This document shows, piece after piece, positions 11,201 to 24,440 of a stretch of DNA of 64,000 bases. The notes beneath the pieces were generated by a model. That model was not told the origin of the DNA. It did not search any database and worked only from the letters and a program-made list of their open reading frames with translations. How positions within the stretch are numbered: the stretch's first letter is position 1; the number at the start of each line of letters is the position of its first letter. The translations under genes and the position numbers were made by a program. The stretch is from Octopus vulgaris (Eukaryota): contig OX597822.1 of NCBI GenBank assembly GCA_951406725.2, positions 36,394,001-36,458,000 of the forward strand, read 5' to 3'.

Positions 11201-14200
11201 CTACTATGTCTGACTCCCTTGGAGGCTTGGCTGAAACTGATTAAAATTTTCCTGTGACTTTGTGATAGGCGGTGGTGTGTATCTATGCATGAGGTATAGC
11301 AGTTGGGTGCATTAACCAACTCATGCATGGATGGATAATAGTTCCACCACCGGGAAAGAGTGCTCCTGCATGACCCCCTGGTCAGACCAAAAGTGTGATC
11401 AACATAATGGAGCAAATATCAAAAGAAAATGACAAAAAGGGAATGTAAACACAACAAAAAGAAAACTGAAGGAAGTTCTTTGCAGCTTGCTGCCTGGAAA
11501 GGTGGTCTCCATGAGACAGAGCAAGCGAAATCTGATGTGCAAATGTGATAGCAACTGCCAGGAAACTGGAAATCACAGGATGCAAAAATCAAAGTGTATG
11601 AGAGTGCAATGATGACTGCTGAGACATAAGCAGTGCCAAGATTTTGCCTGCAAGAGCTGTGAGTTGCTTGCAAAGGCAAAAAAAGTTTTAAGCCTGCAAG
11701 TATGGTGGGTCACTTCCAGAAGATGTTGGCTGCTAGGATATAAGTAGTTCCAAGAATTTTACTGCAAGAATGGTGAGACACTTGCTGAGGCAAAAGAGTT
11801 GTAAGCCTGCAAGAATGGTGAGTTGCATGCAGAGGTTGAAGGATTGTAAGCCTGTAAGAGCAGTGAGTCGCTTGCAGAGGCTGAAGGATAAATGCATTAA
11901 ATACAGGAAGAATGAAACATGCAAAAAAAATATGTGTGAGTGTAACTGTTGGAAGCACTGTGAAAAAAACACTGATGCAGTATCCCCCAGTGTAAACTGT
12001 GCATTGGAGACTGGGTGTACAAGGTGAAGTGCTGAGTAGAGAGCATTTCACAGCATGAAACAGAATGGATGCACATGAAAGTATTAAAAAATGCAAGAAA
12101 AATGCAACAAAATGAACAGAAAGAAATTGGAACAGAAAAGCTCATGGTGAGATTGAGAAGATATGAAAGAAAACATGCAAAATGTTCAGTTCATCGAATA
12201 AGTGTTCCAATGAATGCTGTTAAGAAATGCATGGTTGGTAAAAAAAGAAAGTTGCATTTTGAGTTAAGAAGCTGTTTGAAGTGCTGTCTATCTGTGCAGT
12301 ACTCAGAGTGATTGAAATTTGCTGTATAAGGCTACAAAATCGGTTGCTGTACAGGAGATGTTGCAGAAATGATTTGCAATTAGTGATGAAGCTGTGGCAG
12401 TGGTGACTTTAGCACTGTGGTCTGGTACGAAGGCTGAGGCGGTGATGGCTTTAGTAGTGTTGATGATAGCACTGTTGGTGTGCATGGCTGTTTAAGTCCA
12501 GCCACGTGGAAAATCTGAGCCAGGCAAGATGCAATAAAGAACTCTCGAGATTTGGCACATACATCCACTGCGCATGCTCAGGGTGGCATATTCAAGGGGA
12601 AAAAACTAACAAGGAAGATGAAGACGGGTGCCATGTTGGACAAAATTCCAAGGTGTATTTACTAGCATAAAATGTTGGCAGTTGTATTGTGGGAGAAAAA
12701 TACTTCAAAAGGAGATTATTTGAAAGAACACTGTATTTCCTTGAAAGAAGAATGCATACTCTGTTAGGCACAAATTCAAGACGAAGAAGATGAATTCTAG
12801 AGGTTCATTTGTATAAGAGAAAATATTCTGATGTCAGGTCATCAATTTTTAGTTGTGATGCGAGTAAAAATTGCAATTCTTTAGCTCAGAGTCACCAATG
12901 TTTAGTGAAGAGGCACTAAAATGACATCTGACGTTTTATAACAGCAGTAGTATATTACCTTGTAATATACTCTAGGCACAAGGCCCAAAATTTTGGAGGA
13001 GGGGGCCAGTTGATTAGATCGACCACAGTATGCAATTGGTACTTAATTTATCAACCCCAAAAGGATGAAAGGCAAAGTCGACCTCAGCAGGATTTGAATT
13101 CAGAACATAAAGACAGACGAAATACCACTAAGCATTTTGCTTGGTGTGCTAACATTTCTGTCAGCTCATCACCTTTTTGTAATGAAGTAACAGACGATGT
13201 TCAGAAGGCTTAATAGAATGATAAAGTGCCATGCCCTGACCTCTTACCACACAGCCACAACACAAAATAATATCTTGATTTTTTTAATACAATTTCTTGT
13301 GATATCTAATGATAAAAATATGAGATTTTTTAAACATCAGATGGATAGGAGGATCCATCTGAGTAAAATAGGAATCAAAGGGGTCCATAGGTTAAAGAAC
13401 AGTTGAATACCTCTGTTCCAGACTGTGGCATAGCTTGAATGTGTACTACCCTGAGTTGTCTTTCAGTCTAATAGCCCTCATCCCCACCCACTATACAGCC
13501 TTATATACCAGACCCAAAATTATCACTCCCATAAAAAAAAAATCACACAGGGCAATAAAAATGTTATGACAATCAAAATCACTTATTGACAAATTCTTTC
13601 TCTTTCTTAGCATATTTATTGAAATTGTTTATTGACAACTCCAAAACCAAAAAGTATGGATAAAATAAATTCTGATAAGATACTGGAATTTATTCAATCT
13701 CCTACAGAAGAAGAAAAAAACAATGGCTTTGTACTGATTCAAAAGCAATCAATTTATATTTAGATACAAAGTTTTAGTGTTCAAAAGCACTGTTGGCAAT
13801 CATTAGGAGAAAAACCAATAAAGAGGAATTATTTTCTTTCATATTCGAGTTTGTAATTTGGGAAAGATAATTGTTTCTGGATAACAATGTAAATAGCTCA
13901 ACATACTTTGCAATGAACTCTTATAGATTGATTGATTAGCAAAAATTAATTCATTTATTTTATCAGAAATATGTAAAGAATTGTTTCTTGCTACGGTCAC
14001 TGCCTGTGAATGACTTTCAGATGATAGCAAATGATTATGTGAGAGTTATTTTTAACTTGCAAGTTTCCTATATCTGTTCTATTTCTTTTTTGTTTACATC
14101 ACACAGTATTTCATTGAAATGTTCATCATTTTGTTTACATCTAGATTTTTCATATAGGTGCTAAACTGGCAGAGTTATGCAAGCAATGGTAAGAATGCCT

Positions 14201-14759
14201 TGAGGTTCATTTTTAGCTCAAATTCTGCTGAGGTCAACTCTGACTCTCAACAGTGAGCAATAAACAAAGTAACAATCAAGTATTGGGGTAGATTCTTCTT
14301 TCTTTCTTACCACTCTTTCAGAATTATCTGTACTTGATAAGGTGGTGTCTTGTTGAAAAAAAAAGCCAAAGAAAGACTGGATCAGAATAAGATGATTGGG
14401 GATAGTTGTTTGAATTCTTGTCATTTGGCATGGCAGACTGAATATTGAAAATGTTTTTGTGATGTTTTTTTCTTTTTGGCAACAGTATTTTTGGGCCCAG
14501 GAGGCATGTGCTCACACATGCATGAATAAATACATACATACATACATACATACAGACAGACAGATAGATAGATAGACAGACAGAAAGAGTAAGAGAGAGA
14601 GAGAGAGGACCATTAAAATGTATTAAATGACCTTAATTGCTACAAACACTCCCCCTCTTCATATGAACATAAAAAACACATACATAAATAGAATAAGGCC
14701 TCAGAGACAGATGTGCTTGTAGCAACATGGTTTATTTAATACACCTTGATGCTTTTCTT

Positions 14760-14790
<31 letters not shown>

Positions 14791-14813
14791 CTGTCTGTCT
14801 GTCTGTCTGTCTG

Positions 14814-14879
<66 letters not shown>

Positions 14880-14880
14880 C
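14760..14880. repeat. Compound (CT)n/(TA)n/(CTGT)n microsatellite
   Basis: Directly visible; a complementary (CATA)/(GACA)/(GA) tract lies at 14530-14607. Confidence 0.9.
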
Positions 14881-15614
14881 AGTTTTGCTGCTCCTAACAG
14901 CAAAATTTTAATTCAGTGTCAGTTCTGCTCTGTCAAAGATGTATAGAAATCTGTTGTAAGAAAAGTTTTCTTTTTCATGTTTCATAAATATTTCACTAGC
15001 CATCATACACATAAAGTGAAGCATAAAGTTGTGGTTACAAGTCTGTAGTCAACTAGAATAAAAACAAGATTTTCAGGGTGCCAAAACATGCCACTGACAT
15101 ATATCTCTTATTATAAAAGGCAGATTTTATCTGCCTCCCTTTGTCTCTTATAGAAATCTACAATATAGGATTTCTTCAATTACAATTTACCTAGCATTTT
15201 TAAGAGTAGAATGCATCGGGTCGTGCCAGGTCCAGTTTTTCAAATTTCAACCCCAATTAAGCAAAATTTAGAGAAAACTCACATTGTGGTGTCTATGTCA
15301 AGTGCTTTTCTTAGTGTGGGCTACAGCACACACACACGCACACACACACAAACGGACCGAACTGTTTCACTGACGCTATCACCCTAATTTCTCCTCCTTT
15401 CTCTTTGCAAGTGTGCAACGATTAAAGTGAAAGTAATTCACTTTTTGTAGTGAGTGACTCTTTCACTCTGCATTCCCACTTCCTCTTTACACACATAGAC
15501 ATGCAAATATATAAATAAAATTGTAAGCTAACGTGTGTGTGTGTGCGTGTGTGTGAGTGTGTGTGTGTGTGAGGGTGCGTGTGTGTGTGTGCGTGTGTGT
15601 GAGTGTGTGACAGG

Positions 15615-16462
15615 AAAGTTTTTTAGGACGAATATAAGACCTAAAGTATATCCAAGTAGCCGAAAGATCGCCCAAAAGTGTATATAGATATTTAAATGTA
15701 TTTATATATTCATCTATACACAGATGTATGTATAATGTGTGTGTCTATATTTCCATAGAGGTAACCTTTCACTCCATACAAAGTTTTTTAGGACGAATAT
15801 AAGATCTAAAGTATATACAAGTAGCAGAAAGATCGCCCAAAAGTGTATATAGATATTTAAATGTATTTATATATTCATCTATACACAGATGTATGTATAA
15901 TGTGTGTGTATATATTTCCATAGAGGTAACCTTTCACTCCATACAAAGTTTTTTAGGACGAATATAAGATCTAAAGTATATACAAGTAGCAGAAAGATCG
16001 CCCAAAAGTGTATATAGATATTTAAATGTATTTATATATTCATCTATACACAGATGTATGTATAATGTGTGTGTATATATTTCCATAGACGTAACCATTC
16101 ACTCCGTACAAAGTTTTTTAGGACGAAAATAAGATCTAAAGTTATCTCTAAGTAGCACAAAGATCGCCCAAAAGTGTATATAGATATATAAATGTATTTA
16201 TATATTCATCTATGCACACATGTATGTATAACGTGTGTGTATATATTTCCATAGAGGTAACCATTCACTCCATACAAAGTTTTTTAGGACGAAAATAAGA
16301 TCTAAAGTTATCTCTAAGAAACAGAAAGATCGCCCAAAAGTGTATATAGATATTTAAATGTATTTGTATATTCATCTATACACACATGTATGTATAATGT
16401 GCGTGTATATATTTCCATAGAGGTAACCATTCAATCCATACAAAGTTTTTTAGGACGAAAAT
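15615..16462 (+). repeat. ~165-166-bp tandem repeat, 5 copies, inside the Helitron
   Basis: gatcgcccaaaagtg recurs at 15666, 15831, 15996, 16162, 16328. Confidence 0.93.
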
Positions 16463-16708
16463 ATTTATATATAAAAGAAAGGTTGTGTGTCTGTCTACTC
16501 CGATTTAGATTCCTAATTACTCCCACATTTTGCGATGCAGTTTAACCAAAACTGGGTATCTTATAGTCGTGATTCATATCGAGCCCTTGAGTACTAGCGT
16601 GCGTCTACGATGAGTCTATGATTTTACAAATAATTTACCATCATTTTTTTCCATTTTAATGCATATTTTTTTTAATAAAGGGAAGTAACTCTCAAACTTC
16701 ACACCAAT

Positions 16709-17230
16709 ATGCGTGCTCATATGCGACGTAATATCACATCAGCAGCATTTCCTCACACCCTCCTTGCACCTGGCGAAGGCAAAATACCAGGGGATGAAAA
16801 TGGTAATATTGCCATCGATTCCATTTGTACCATTGTTAAGACGCCTTCTGATCTCAGAGATGCAGTGTTCCCAGATCTACAAGCTAATTATCAGAATATG
16901 GATTGGATTGGCAAAAAGGCTATACTGGCCCCGAGAAATAAAACTGTTCACCATATTAATGATGAAATGCTAAAACTCATTCCTGGGGAAGTCTATGTAT
17001 ATCAGTCTATCGATACAACTCCTGACCCAGAGGACGTCATCAACTATCCAATAGAGGTACTCAATTCCTTTGAGCACCCCAGACTACCACCACACTTTCT
17101 CAAACTTAAAGTTGGTGCCCCTATAATGCTCATCAGAAATTTGGTTCCCCCAAAACAACGCAATGGTACATGTTTGATCGTTAAGTCCTTATCTCCCACC
17201 GTAAACTTATATCAATATTTGCCTGAATAA
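16709..17230 (+). pseudogene. Helitron Rep/Hel PIF1-family helicase fragment
   Basis: KKAILAPRNKTVHHIN...YPIEVLNS...LPPHFLKLKVGAPIMLIRNL; lacks the Walker A motif and the Rep domain. Confidence 0.88.
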
Positions 17231-17295
17231 TCATCATAATTCAGTGCAATCATTAACAGTACTTTCAAGCAATTCCACCCCGAGCAATTCTGCTA

Positions 17296-17345
<50 letters not shown>

Positions 17346-17752
17346 CTGTCACCTCAAGATTGCTTGACAATAAATGCTGGTTGTTTACATTACCCGTAAC
17401 TTAACGGTTCGGCAAAAGAGACCGATAGAATAAGCACTAGGCTTACAAAGAATAAGTCCTGGGGTCAATTTGCTTGACTACAGGCGGTGCTGACCAATGA
17501 TAATGCTGAACAATGCTAGTGGAACAAGATGTCCATTCAATATGGCAGCAATGAAGGACCATTGTTACATTGCATTCAACAATGGTTAGGCAACACTTAT
17601 AATGCTGCTAGTCCAGCAAAATTTCCTTGACAAACACTGAAAGCTTATTAAGGAAGTCACAAATATGTCCTTTGCGAGCCTGGTGAGACAAGGAGAAGGA
17701 GATTATATACATTTTACTTTTATGGAACATTTTATCAAAGAAAAAGAAATAT

Positions 17753-18153
17753 AGGTGCAGGAGTAGCTGTGTGGTAAGTAGCTTGCTTACCAATCACATG
17801 GTTCCGGGTTCAGTCCCACTGCATGGCACCTTGGGCAAGTGTCTTCTACTATAGCCTCGTGCCGACCAAAGCCTTGTGAGTGGATTTGGTAGACAGAAAC
17901 TGAAAGAAGCCTGTCGTATATATGTATATATATATATGTGGGTGAATATGTTTATGTGTCTGTGTTTGTCCCCCCAGCATCACTTGACAACTGATGCTGG
18001 TGTGTTTACGTCCCCATAACTTAGCAGTTCGGCAAAAGAGACCAATAGAATAAGTACTAGGCTTACAAAGAATAAGTCCTGGGGTCGATTTGCTCGACTA
18101 AAGGCAGTGCTCCAGCATGGTTGCAGTCAAATGACTGAAATAAGTAAAAGAGT
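17753..18153 (+). mobile_element. SINE family A, full length
   Basis: aggtgcaggagtagctgtgtggtaagtagc...gtaaaagagta. Confidence 0.88.
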
Positions 18154-18460
18154 ATCTATTTTATGACAAAATCTTTTCTCATGGAAATATGTCCTGTTCT
18201 TTCTTAAACAAGTTACTTTTTCTTAAACTTTGGCACAAGTTCATGCACTAGGGAGGAAGTTGATTAAACTGATTCAAATACATCACTGCTTCTTTATTTT
18301 ATTGACCTTCAAATGAATTAAAGGCAAAATTTCTTTTTGTGGGTTTTGAACTCATTATGGGCCCTTGATAAAATACTGCAAAATATTTTGTCTAACCCTT
18401 GATTCTTCCTTTTAATCCAACAACATCCTCCCTTCCTCCTCCACCACCATCACTACCATA

Positions 18461-18496
<36 letters not shown>

Positions 18497-19569
18497 CAGG
18501 CATCTTTCAGATTCCATCTACCAAATCCACTCATAAGGCTTTGGCCTGCTTGGGATTATAGCAGAGGACATGTCCAAGATGCCATACAGTGGGACTGAAT
18601 CTGAAACCAGGGGGCTAGAAATTGAGTTTCTTAACCATGCAGACATGCTTGTACTTGTGTGTGTGAATTTATGTTTAATAATAATCCCATTCATCAGGGA
18701 TTTTTTAGTTTTACATTTTTATCTAGGTTACATTCCAGTATTTGGCTTGCCTGAGAAATGCTCAAGTCAAAAGCAAATAGACTATATTACAAACAAATGT
18801 ATTCAAGCAGGTTATTTAAACACAGCTAGAAAAGCTAAGTAACGTAAACAATCAAGCTGATTGAACCGCTATGCAGTAAATTGATCCGCAAGAAATAGTA
18901 GTTGATTCTTCCTCAAATTAAAAAAAGAAATGAGAAATATCGGACTATGTAGTGCTAGACATACAAAAAGACAAGATGGTTTGCTTAATCAAAGATAATT
19001 TGGGTGTTAAACAACAACACTTAAAAACAACATGTTTTAATATATGCATACTAAAGCAGCAAGTGGACAGAAACATTAGCATGCCGGGTGAAATGCGTAG
19101 CCGTATTTTGTCTACCATTACGTTCTGAGTTCAAATTCCACCGAGGTCGACTTTGCCTTTCATCCTTTTGGGGTCGATAAATTGAGTACCAGTTACACAT
19201 TGGAGTCGATATAATCAACTTAATCCATTTGTCTGTCCTCTCTGTGCTTACTACCTTGTGGGTAGTAAAGAAATAGGTATTTCGTCTGTCTTTACATTCT
19301 GAGTTCAAATTATACCGAGGTCGGCTTTGCTTTTCATCCTATTGCTAAGGAATTTTCAAGGGAAAGGAAATGCAATGGTTGTGTGGTTAAGAAGTTTTCT
19401 TCCAAACCATATGGTCTCAGGTTCAATTCCTTTCTGTGGCACCATGGGAAAATGTCTTTTACTATTGCCAACCAGTCTTGTGAGTGGATTTTATAGATGG
19501 AAACTAGAAAAAGTCCATTGTTCATACACACATATATATATCTGTGTATAATTATGTATATGAATGTAT

Positions 19570-20388
19570 ACCTATTTTCAGGCCCAAAGGGAATGTGCTG
19601 TTTGTGGCAGTAGACCAGGTGAATAAAGAACTAGAAAGGTTGGAAAGCCTGAATATAATTAAAAAGATTGACCATGCAGACTGGGCAGCACTGGTGGTCT
19701 ACATAAAAAAAAATAAAAATAAAAAGCTAAGAGTGTGCACAGACTTCTCAACCAGATTAAATGACTGTTTACTCACACACAATTACCCACTACTAGGCCC
19801 AGAAGAAGTATTTGCTAAACTAAACAGAGGGAAAATTTTCTCAAAGTTAGACCTCTCAGAGGAGTACCTTCAAATTCTGTTAGAAGAAGATTGCACACTT
19901 CTACTAACAATCAACACACACCGTGGATTGTACAAGTTCAAATGACTGCCATTTGGAGTAAAAATGGCACCCGCCATTTTCCAACAAATAACGGATGTCA
20001 TATACCTCGATGATATTTTGATATCACATGAAGAAAGTATTTGAGAGAATAAGTGAATATGGGCTAAAACTGACAGGAGAAAAACGCAAATTTTTGATAG
20101 AAAAAATAAAATAAGTAATCGACGAAAGTGGATGCCGACCGGACCCATCAAGGGCAACCACAATATGCTACCCCCGATGAATGTGACAATGCTACAAGCA
20201 TTCCTAGGCTTACTAAATTATTGCCAAGTGTATATGCCAAATATACCTTAGGTAAAGGCACCACTTAATGAATTACTAAAAAAATGCCAAATGGGTTTGA
20301 ACAGAAAAATGCCAGAAAGCATTGAATGAGTTAAAAGATGTGTTAACTTCAGACTTGCATCTTATGCATTTCAATCCAAAGTTAGAGC
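19570..20388 (+). mobile_element. Degenerate Ty3/Gypsy LTR-retrotransposon reverse transcriptase fragment
   Basis: PIFRPK..., KLRVCTDFS, YPL, IFSKLDLSEEYLQ, INTHRGLYKF, *LPFGVKMAPAIFQQ, YLDDIL, FLGLLNYC; contains stops and frameshifts. Confidence 0.88.
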
Positions 20389-20596
20389 TATTTTGAGATG
20401 CTCTGTGTTTCTTTCAATTAATATTAAATATAACAAAGAATTTAGTAAAATAACTTAGTTATCATTAAGCTGGTGTTAGGGTCATAAATTGTGACTAAGG
20501 TCTGGTGGAAAATTTTAATTCAAAACTTATGAAAATAAGACATTTGTACTACAGAGCCAGAGGTGGTTTCAGCTGGGTTGGTATCAAAAGGGTTAA
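20389..20596. mobile_element. piggyBac-like MITE, left end truncated
   Basis: Body near-identical to 3764-3989; right TIR and TTAA intact. Confidence 0.8.
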
Positions 20597-21399
20597 TAAT
20601 GATGATGAGGATGACTAAAAGACAATTATTAAGGTATTGCAGGTTAAACAAGCTATTGTTGTATTACTAAATTGTTGCAGAGCTCAGTGAAACAAAGATC
20701 ATTCATTGTTGTCATCAGTTCATCCATTGTTGGTCACGATGACTAAGGACACATAGAAGAAGAAGAACATAGGGCATGGTGTGCCTGGCTGTGACCAATC
20801 AGTCCAATGCATGCTTGGAAGACTCTGCTGCAGGCTGGACACTGGTGGTCTGCTGGGACTGAATGTGAGGAATTGGCCCTGGATTTGCACAGTTCATATT
20901 TTCTTTGTGCTTCTGAAATCCTGTTCTGTTCTGTTCATAGGTGACATTTCTGTTGGTGCAGCTTTGCCAGGCAGGATGGACTTGTGCTTCCCAAGTGTTA
21001 GGTTTGAACTCAAAGCTACCTTTTAGCAGCTTTACTGCTATAACAAAGGAGAAAATAACCATCTTGTTATGCTGCCATTGTCTGTCATCATTGTTGGTTG
21101 ATGTTTGCTCTGTTGTGTTGATAATATGCCAGAAACAATAACTCTCTTTCTTTGTTAGAAATATTTTGATCAATTCCAAAATTCTTCCCTATAATTTCTA
21201 ACATTGGAAAAATGCTACAAAAAGCATAGAAATATACTCTTTAGCTGTTGTCATTGATTCAGTGCTTGTGCCAAAGAGAGCTGAGTGCATCTAGTTTGAT
21301 ATCCACTTTCTGAATTTAGGTTATCATTCTGCTAATGGGAAATTAGACAATGCCTCTTTCATGATGTTGCTAAGGATTTTATTTTCCCACAATTGCTTA

Positions 21400-21710
21400 T
21401 CAAGAGCTCCGAGATTGATAAGATTGCTATTGTTAATGTGTTGCTTAAAATGTTGGAAAGAGAAGTTCAGGGAGAGAATATCAAAGTGGTGGCATTCTAG
21501 GGAAGAAAGATTGGGTTAGATTTAGCAGAAGGCCTGTGGGTTGGAGGCAACAGTGGTTATGAGAGAAAGCAAAAGAACTGGGTCAAGAGTGCTTGAGTAG
21601 AAGTGATATATGACCAACTATCTGCAAGATGCAGATACCTTTGTAGTAGGTCATAGAGAAGGCAGAGAGAGGAGACAGTACTTCTTTGGTTGAAGTGTAT
21701 CTGCGAATGA
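21400..21710 (-). mobile_element. Degenerate LINE 3' fragment
   Basis: Minus strand reads RSTVSSLCLL..YYKGIC...FFPR....SLP...FKQHIN with frameshifts. Confidence 0.45.
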
Positions 21711-22225
21711 CTTTATAATATAATTTTTATACATTTTTCATATTTTAATATATGCATACTAAGGCAGCAAGTGGACAGAAACATTAGCATGTTGGGCGAA
21801 ATGCTTTGCAGTATTTTGTCTGCCGTTATGTTTTAAGTTCAAATTCCGCCGAGGTCGACTATGCCTTTCATCCTTTCAGGGTCAATTAAGTAAGTACCAG
21901 TTATGCACTGGGGTCGATATAATCGACTTAATCTGTTTATCTGTCCTTGTTTGTCCTCTCTGTGTTTAGCCCCTTGTGGGTAGTAAAGAAATAGGTATTT
22001 TGTCTGTTTTTACATTCTCAGTTCAAATTCTGCTGAGGTTGACTTTGCTTTTCATCCTATTTCCAAGGAAAAGGAAATGCAATAGTTATTTTCTATACAT
22101 TTTCTCTATATTCTTTTAGATCATTTCCCTTGTTCCATTAATTGCAAATGTTAGGAGATAGAAAATGGGAAACTTGGAGTAATAGTTTATAAAGTTTTTC
22201 ACTTCTAATGTGTATGTGTATATAT

Positions 22226-22448
22226 ATATGAGGGGGTGATGAAAAGTTCCTGGCTTTGGGTAAAAGAAAATACAAGAGAATCAGTTAATTATGATTTTAT
22301 TCAACATATTTCCCTCTCAGATTCATGCACCTAATGAAGCAATCTTTCTGTTTTTCTAAGCCCTGTAACAGAACTTGGAAGGTTGGGCCTCCAACTAGGT
22401 CTTTTGCTATACCATTAAAGCCAGGAACTTTATAGTAACCTTTTGTTA
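22226..22448. mobile_element. Tc1/mariner-like MITE
   Basis: Inverted termini aaagttcctggcttt / aaagccaggaacttt, TA-flanked ta-tgaggggg start. Confidence 0.6.
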
Positions 22449-23989
22449 AATGTCCATTTTTCCATGCTTGCATGGATCTGAGTTTATTTGAAGATTTCTT
22501 ATGACCAGTTGCCCTTCTTGCGACTAACCTTTACCTATTTCCAAGCTAGGTGATATTTCCCCATGTCAGACATATTTTTACAGAATTGGAAGTGAACAAA
22601 CAAAGCACATACATTGAGTATGTGTGTTTGGTAATGTTTAAACACTAGCACTGCTTCTAATTCATATTTGTATTTCCTCTTATGTATGCATCATCAGGGC
22701 ATACCAGCAAATGGTTTTTACACTGTTTGCATAAATAGTAATGGACTGGTGATTCAGTTCACGTACATGGTGTTGAGAAGCCACAAAAATAGTGAAACAT
22801 TAATGTCCATCACTCCTGAATGGGATTTGGGGAGAAGCTGTGTCACTTGTCTATGAATTTCAGGTGTTTTAACAGCCGGTGCTTTGAGGGAGTCACCTCC
22901 ACTGTGCTAAGTCGCAGCCTACTGGCAAACTAGCAAGGCACATCTATTGAGTATGTGTTTGATAACAGATCAGTCACAACTATCTTTATTTCATTTCTCT
23001 ACTGCTCTACAACTTAGAGTAAACTTCTTTCAGATTAATGATTTACTGATTATGTACTTCCACAGTTTCTGCCTATGAAATTCATCCACAAGGCTATTGG
23101 TTGGCTTGGGCTACACAGTAGAAGACATTTGCCCAAGGTTCCACACTGTGGAACTGAACTCAAAACCACATGGTTGCAAAGTGTGTCTCTTCTTAGCTGT
23201 ACCTGGGAATTTCATCAAAAGTAAATATCTTGGTGTTTACTTGGCATTATTTCAACAAACATGATGTACGGGTGATTTTACAGTGAAATGAATACTGTGG
23301 TTTACCGTGTAACTGTGTCGCAATTCTTTAACTCTTTACTTTGTTGTCCACCATTATACGTACATAAACCGAAAGATTACTTTTTTTTTAATTCATGAAA
23401 ATATACTATAGTTATTTCTAGGCGTGACAAAAAAAGATCTTGAAAGATGATATTGAATATTTTATGCCACTAAGCTACATTTTACCCCAAAATAAACTTC
23501 TACTAAACGGATATTCGATAAGAAATGACATATTCGTAACATAAGCATAGCAATTTTGTGATTTCCGTTTGGTAACTCAAATCCTGAGTGCAACCCATTC
23601 TCGGTAATTTCCGGTAACATTCGTATAATATCAAATTATATTCAAACTCATATTGTAAAATGATTCTTCTGTATTGTAAAATTTTATACAATAATTGGGT
23701 TTAAAACAATGAAAAAATTGCTTGTCTGGTTTTCATTTGATTCCTAATTTTTTCCCCACTTTCCGTATTTGAATAAAGTATATAGTGATTATGTATCTTA
23801 ATTTAGAAGTCTTTAAATTAAACTATTTTATAATCTGTGTCTAACATTACTTATAACATACATAGTAATTATATACTGATTTAGAAGTACTTAAAATTAT
23901 CTATTCTGTATAAATTATTTATTCTTTTGCTGCTTTTAGTATGAATATCGCTATTATATGGTTAGTCTCTTGAGCATTTGGTTAAGTTA

Positions 23990-24440
23990 AAATTCAGCCC
24001 GAATTAAAGGCGTTCCAAGCGTGACTATCCTGTCTTTATTTAGGAGTCATCACCTTTTTTGGTGTTCCTTAACATTTTCTATTCCCTATTATATGGTAAT
24101 ATTTTATAATTAAATATTTAGTTTGGTTCCTAATTCAATCCTCATGAAAGGCGTTCCACGCGTGACCATCCTGTCTTATATATATATATGAACTATTCCC
24201 TCGTTTAGTGTTCCTTAACATTTTCCATTCCCTATCATAAAGTAATTCTCTTAATATTCGGTTGTTATTTAGTTCAAATTCAGCTCCAAAAAGCGTTCCG
24301 ACCGTGACAATCCCGTCTTTTGTTAATTACCGTTTGTTATTCCTTGGTGTTTTGTATTCCCTAATTAAATATTTGGTAGTTATTACATTTCCAGATCACC
24401 CTGATCAGATGTTCCAGCAGTGACGACTGTCTTTTCTATA
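23990..24440 (+). repeat. Four diverged ~140-bp tandem units (aaggcgttcca.gcgtgac.atcctgtctt core)
   Basis: Core visible near 24007, 24148, 24291 and 24408; single related copies near 44474 and 47000. Confidence 0.6.

Larger units (their letters stand above)
15104..17296 (+). mobile_element. Non-autonomous Helitron with internal minisatellite and PIF1-like helicase remnant
   Basis: 5' A|TCTCTTATTATAAAAG and 3' CTAG|T (insertion in an AT dinucleotide, no TSD). ORF 16709-17230 has Helitron helicase motifs AILAPRN and LPPHFLKLKVGAPIMLIRNL..RNGT. Confidence 0.85.

Noticed and set aside
13839-14075. Possible minus-strand terminal exon
   Set aside because: There is no pyrimidine-rich acceptor, there is an in-frame stop upstream and no recognisable protein.
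16709-17230. Host PIF1 helicase gene
   Set aside because: It is a partial domain with no splice structure, lying inside TC...CTAG Helitron termini.
20600-21200. Gag-like remnant on the minus strand
   Set aside because: The similarity is too weak to support by eye.
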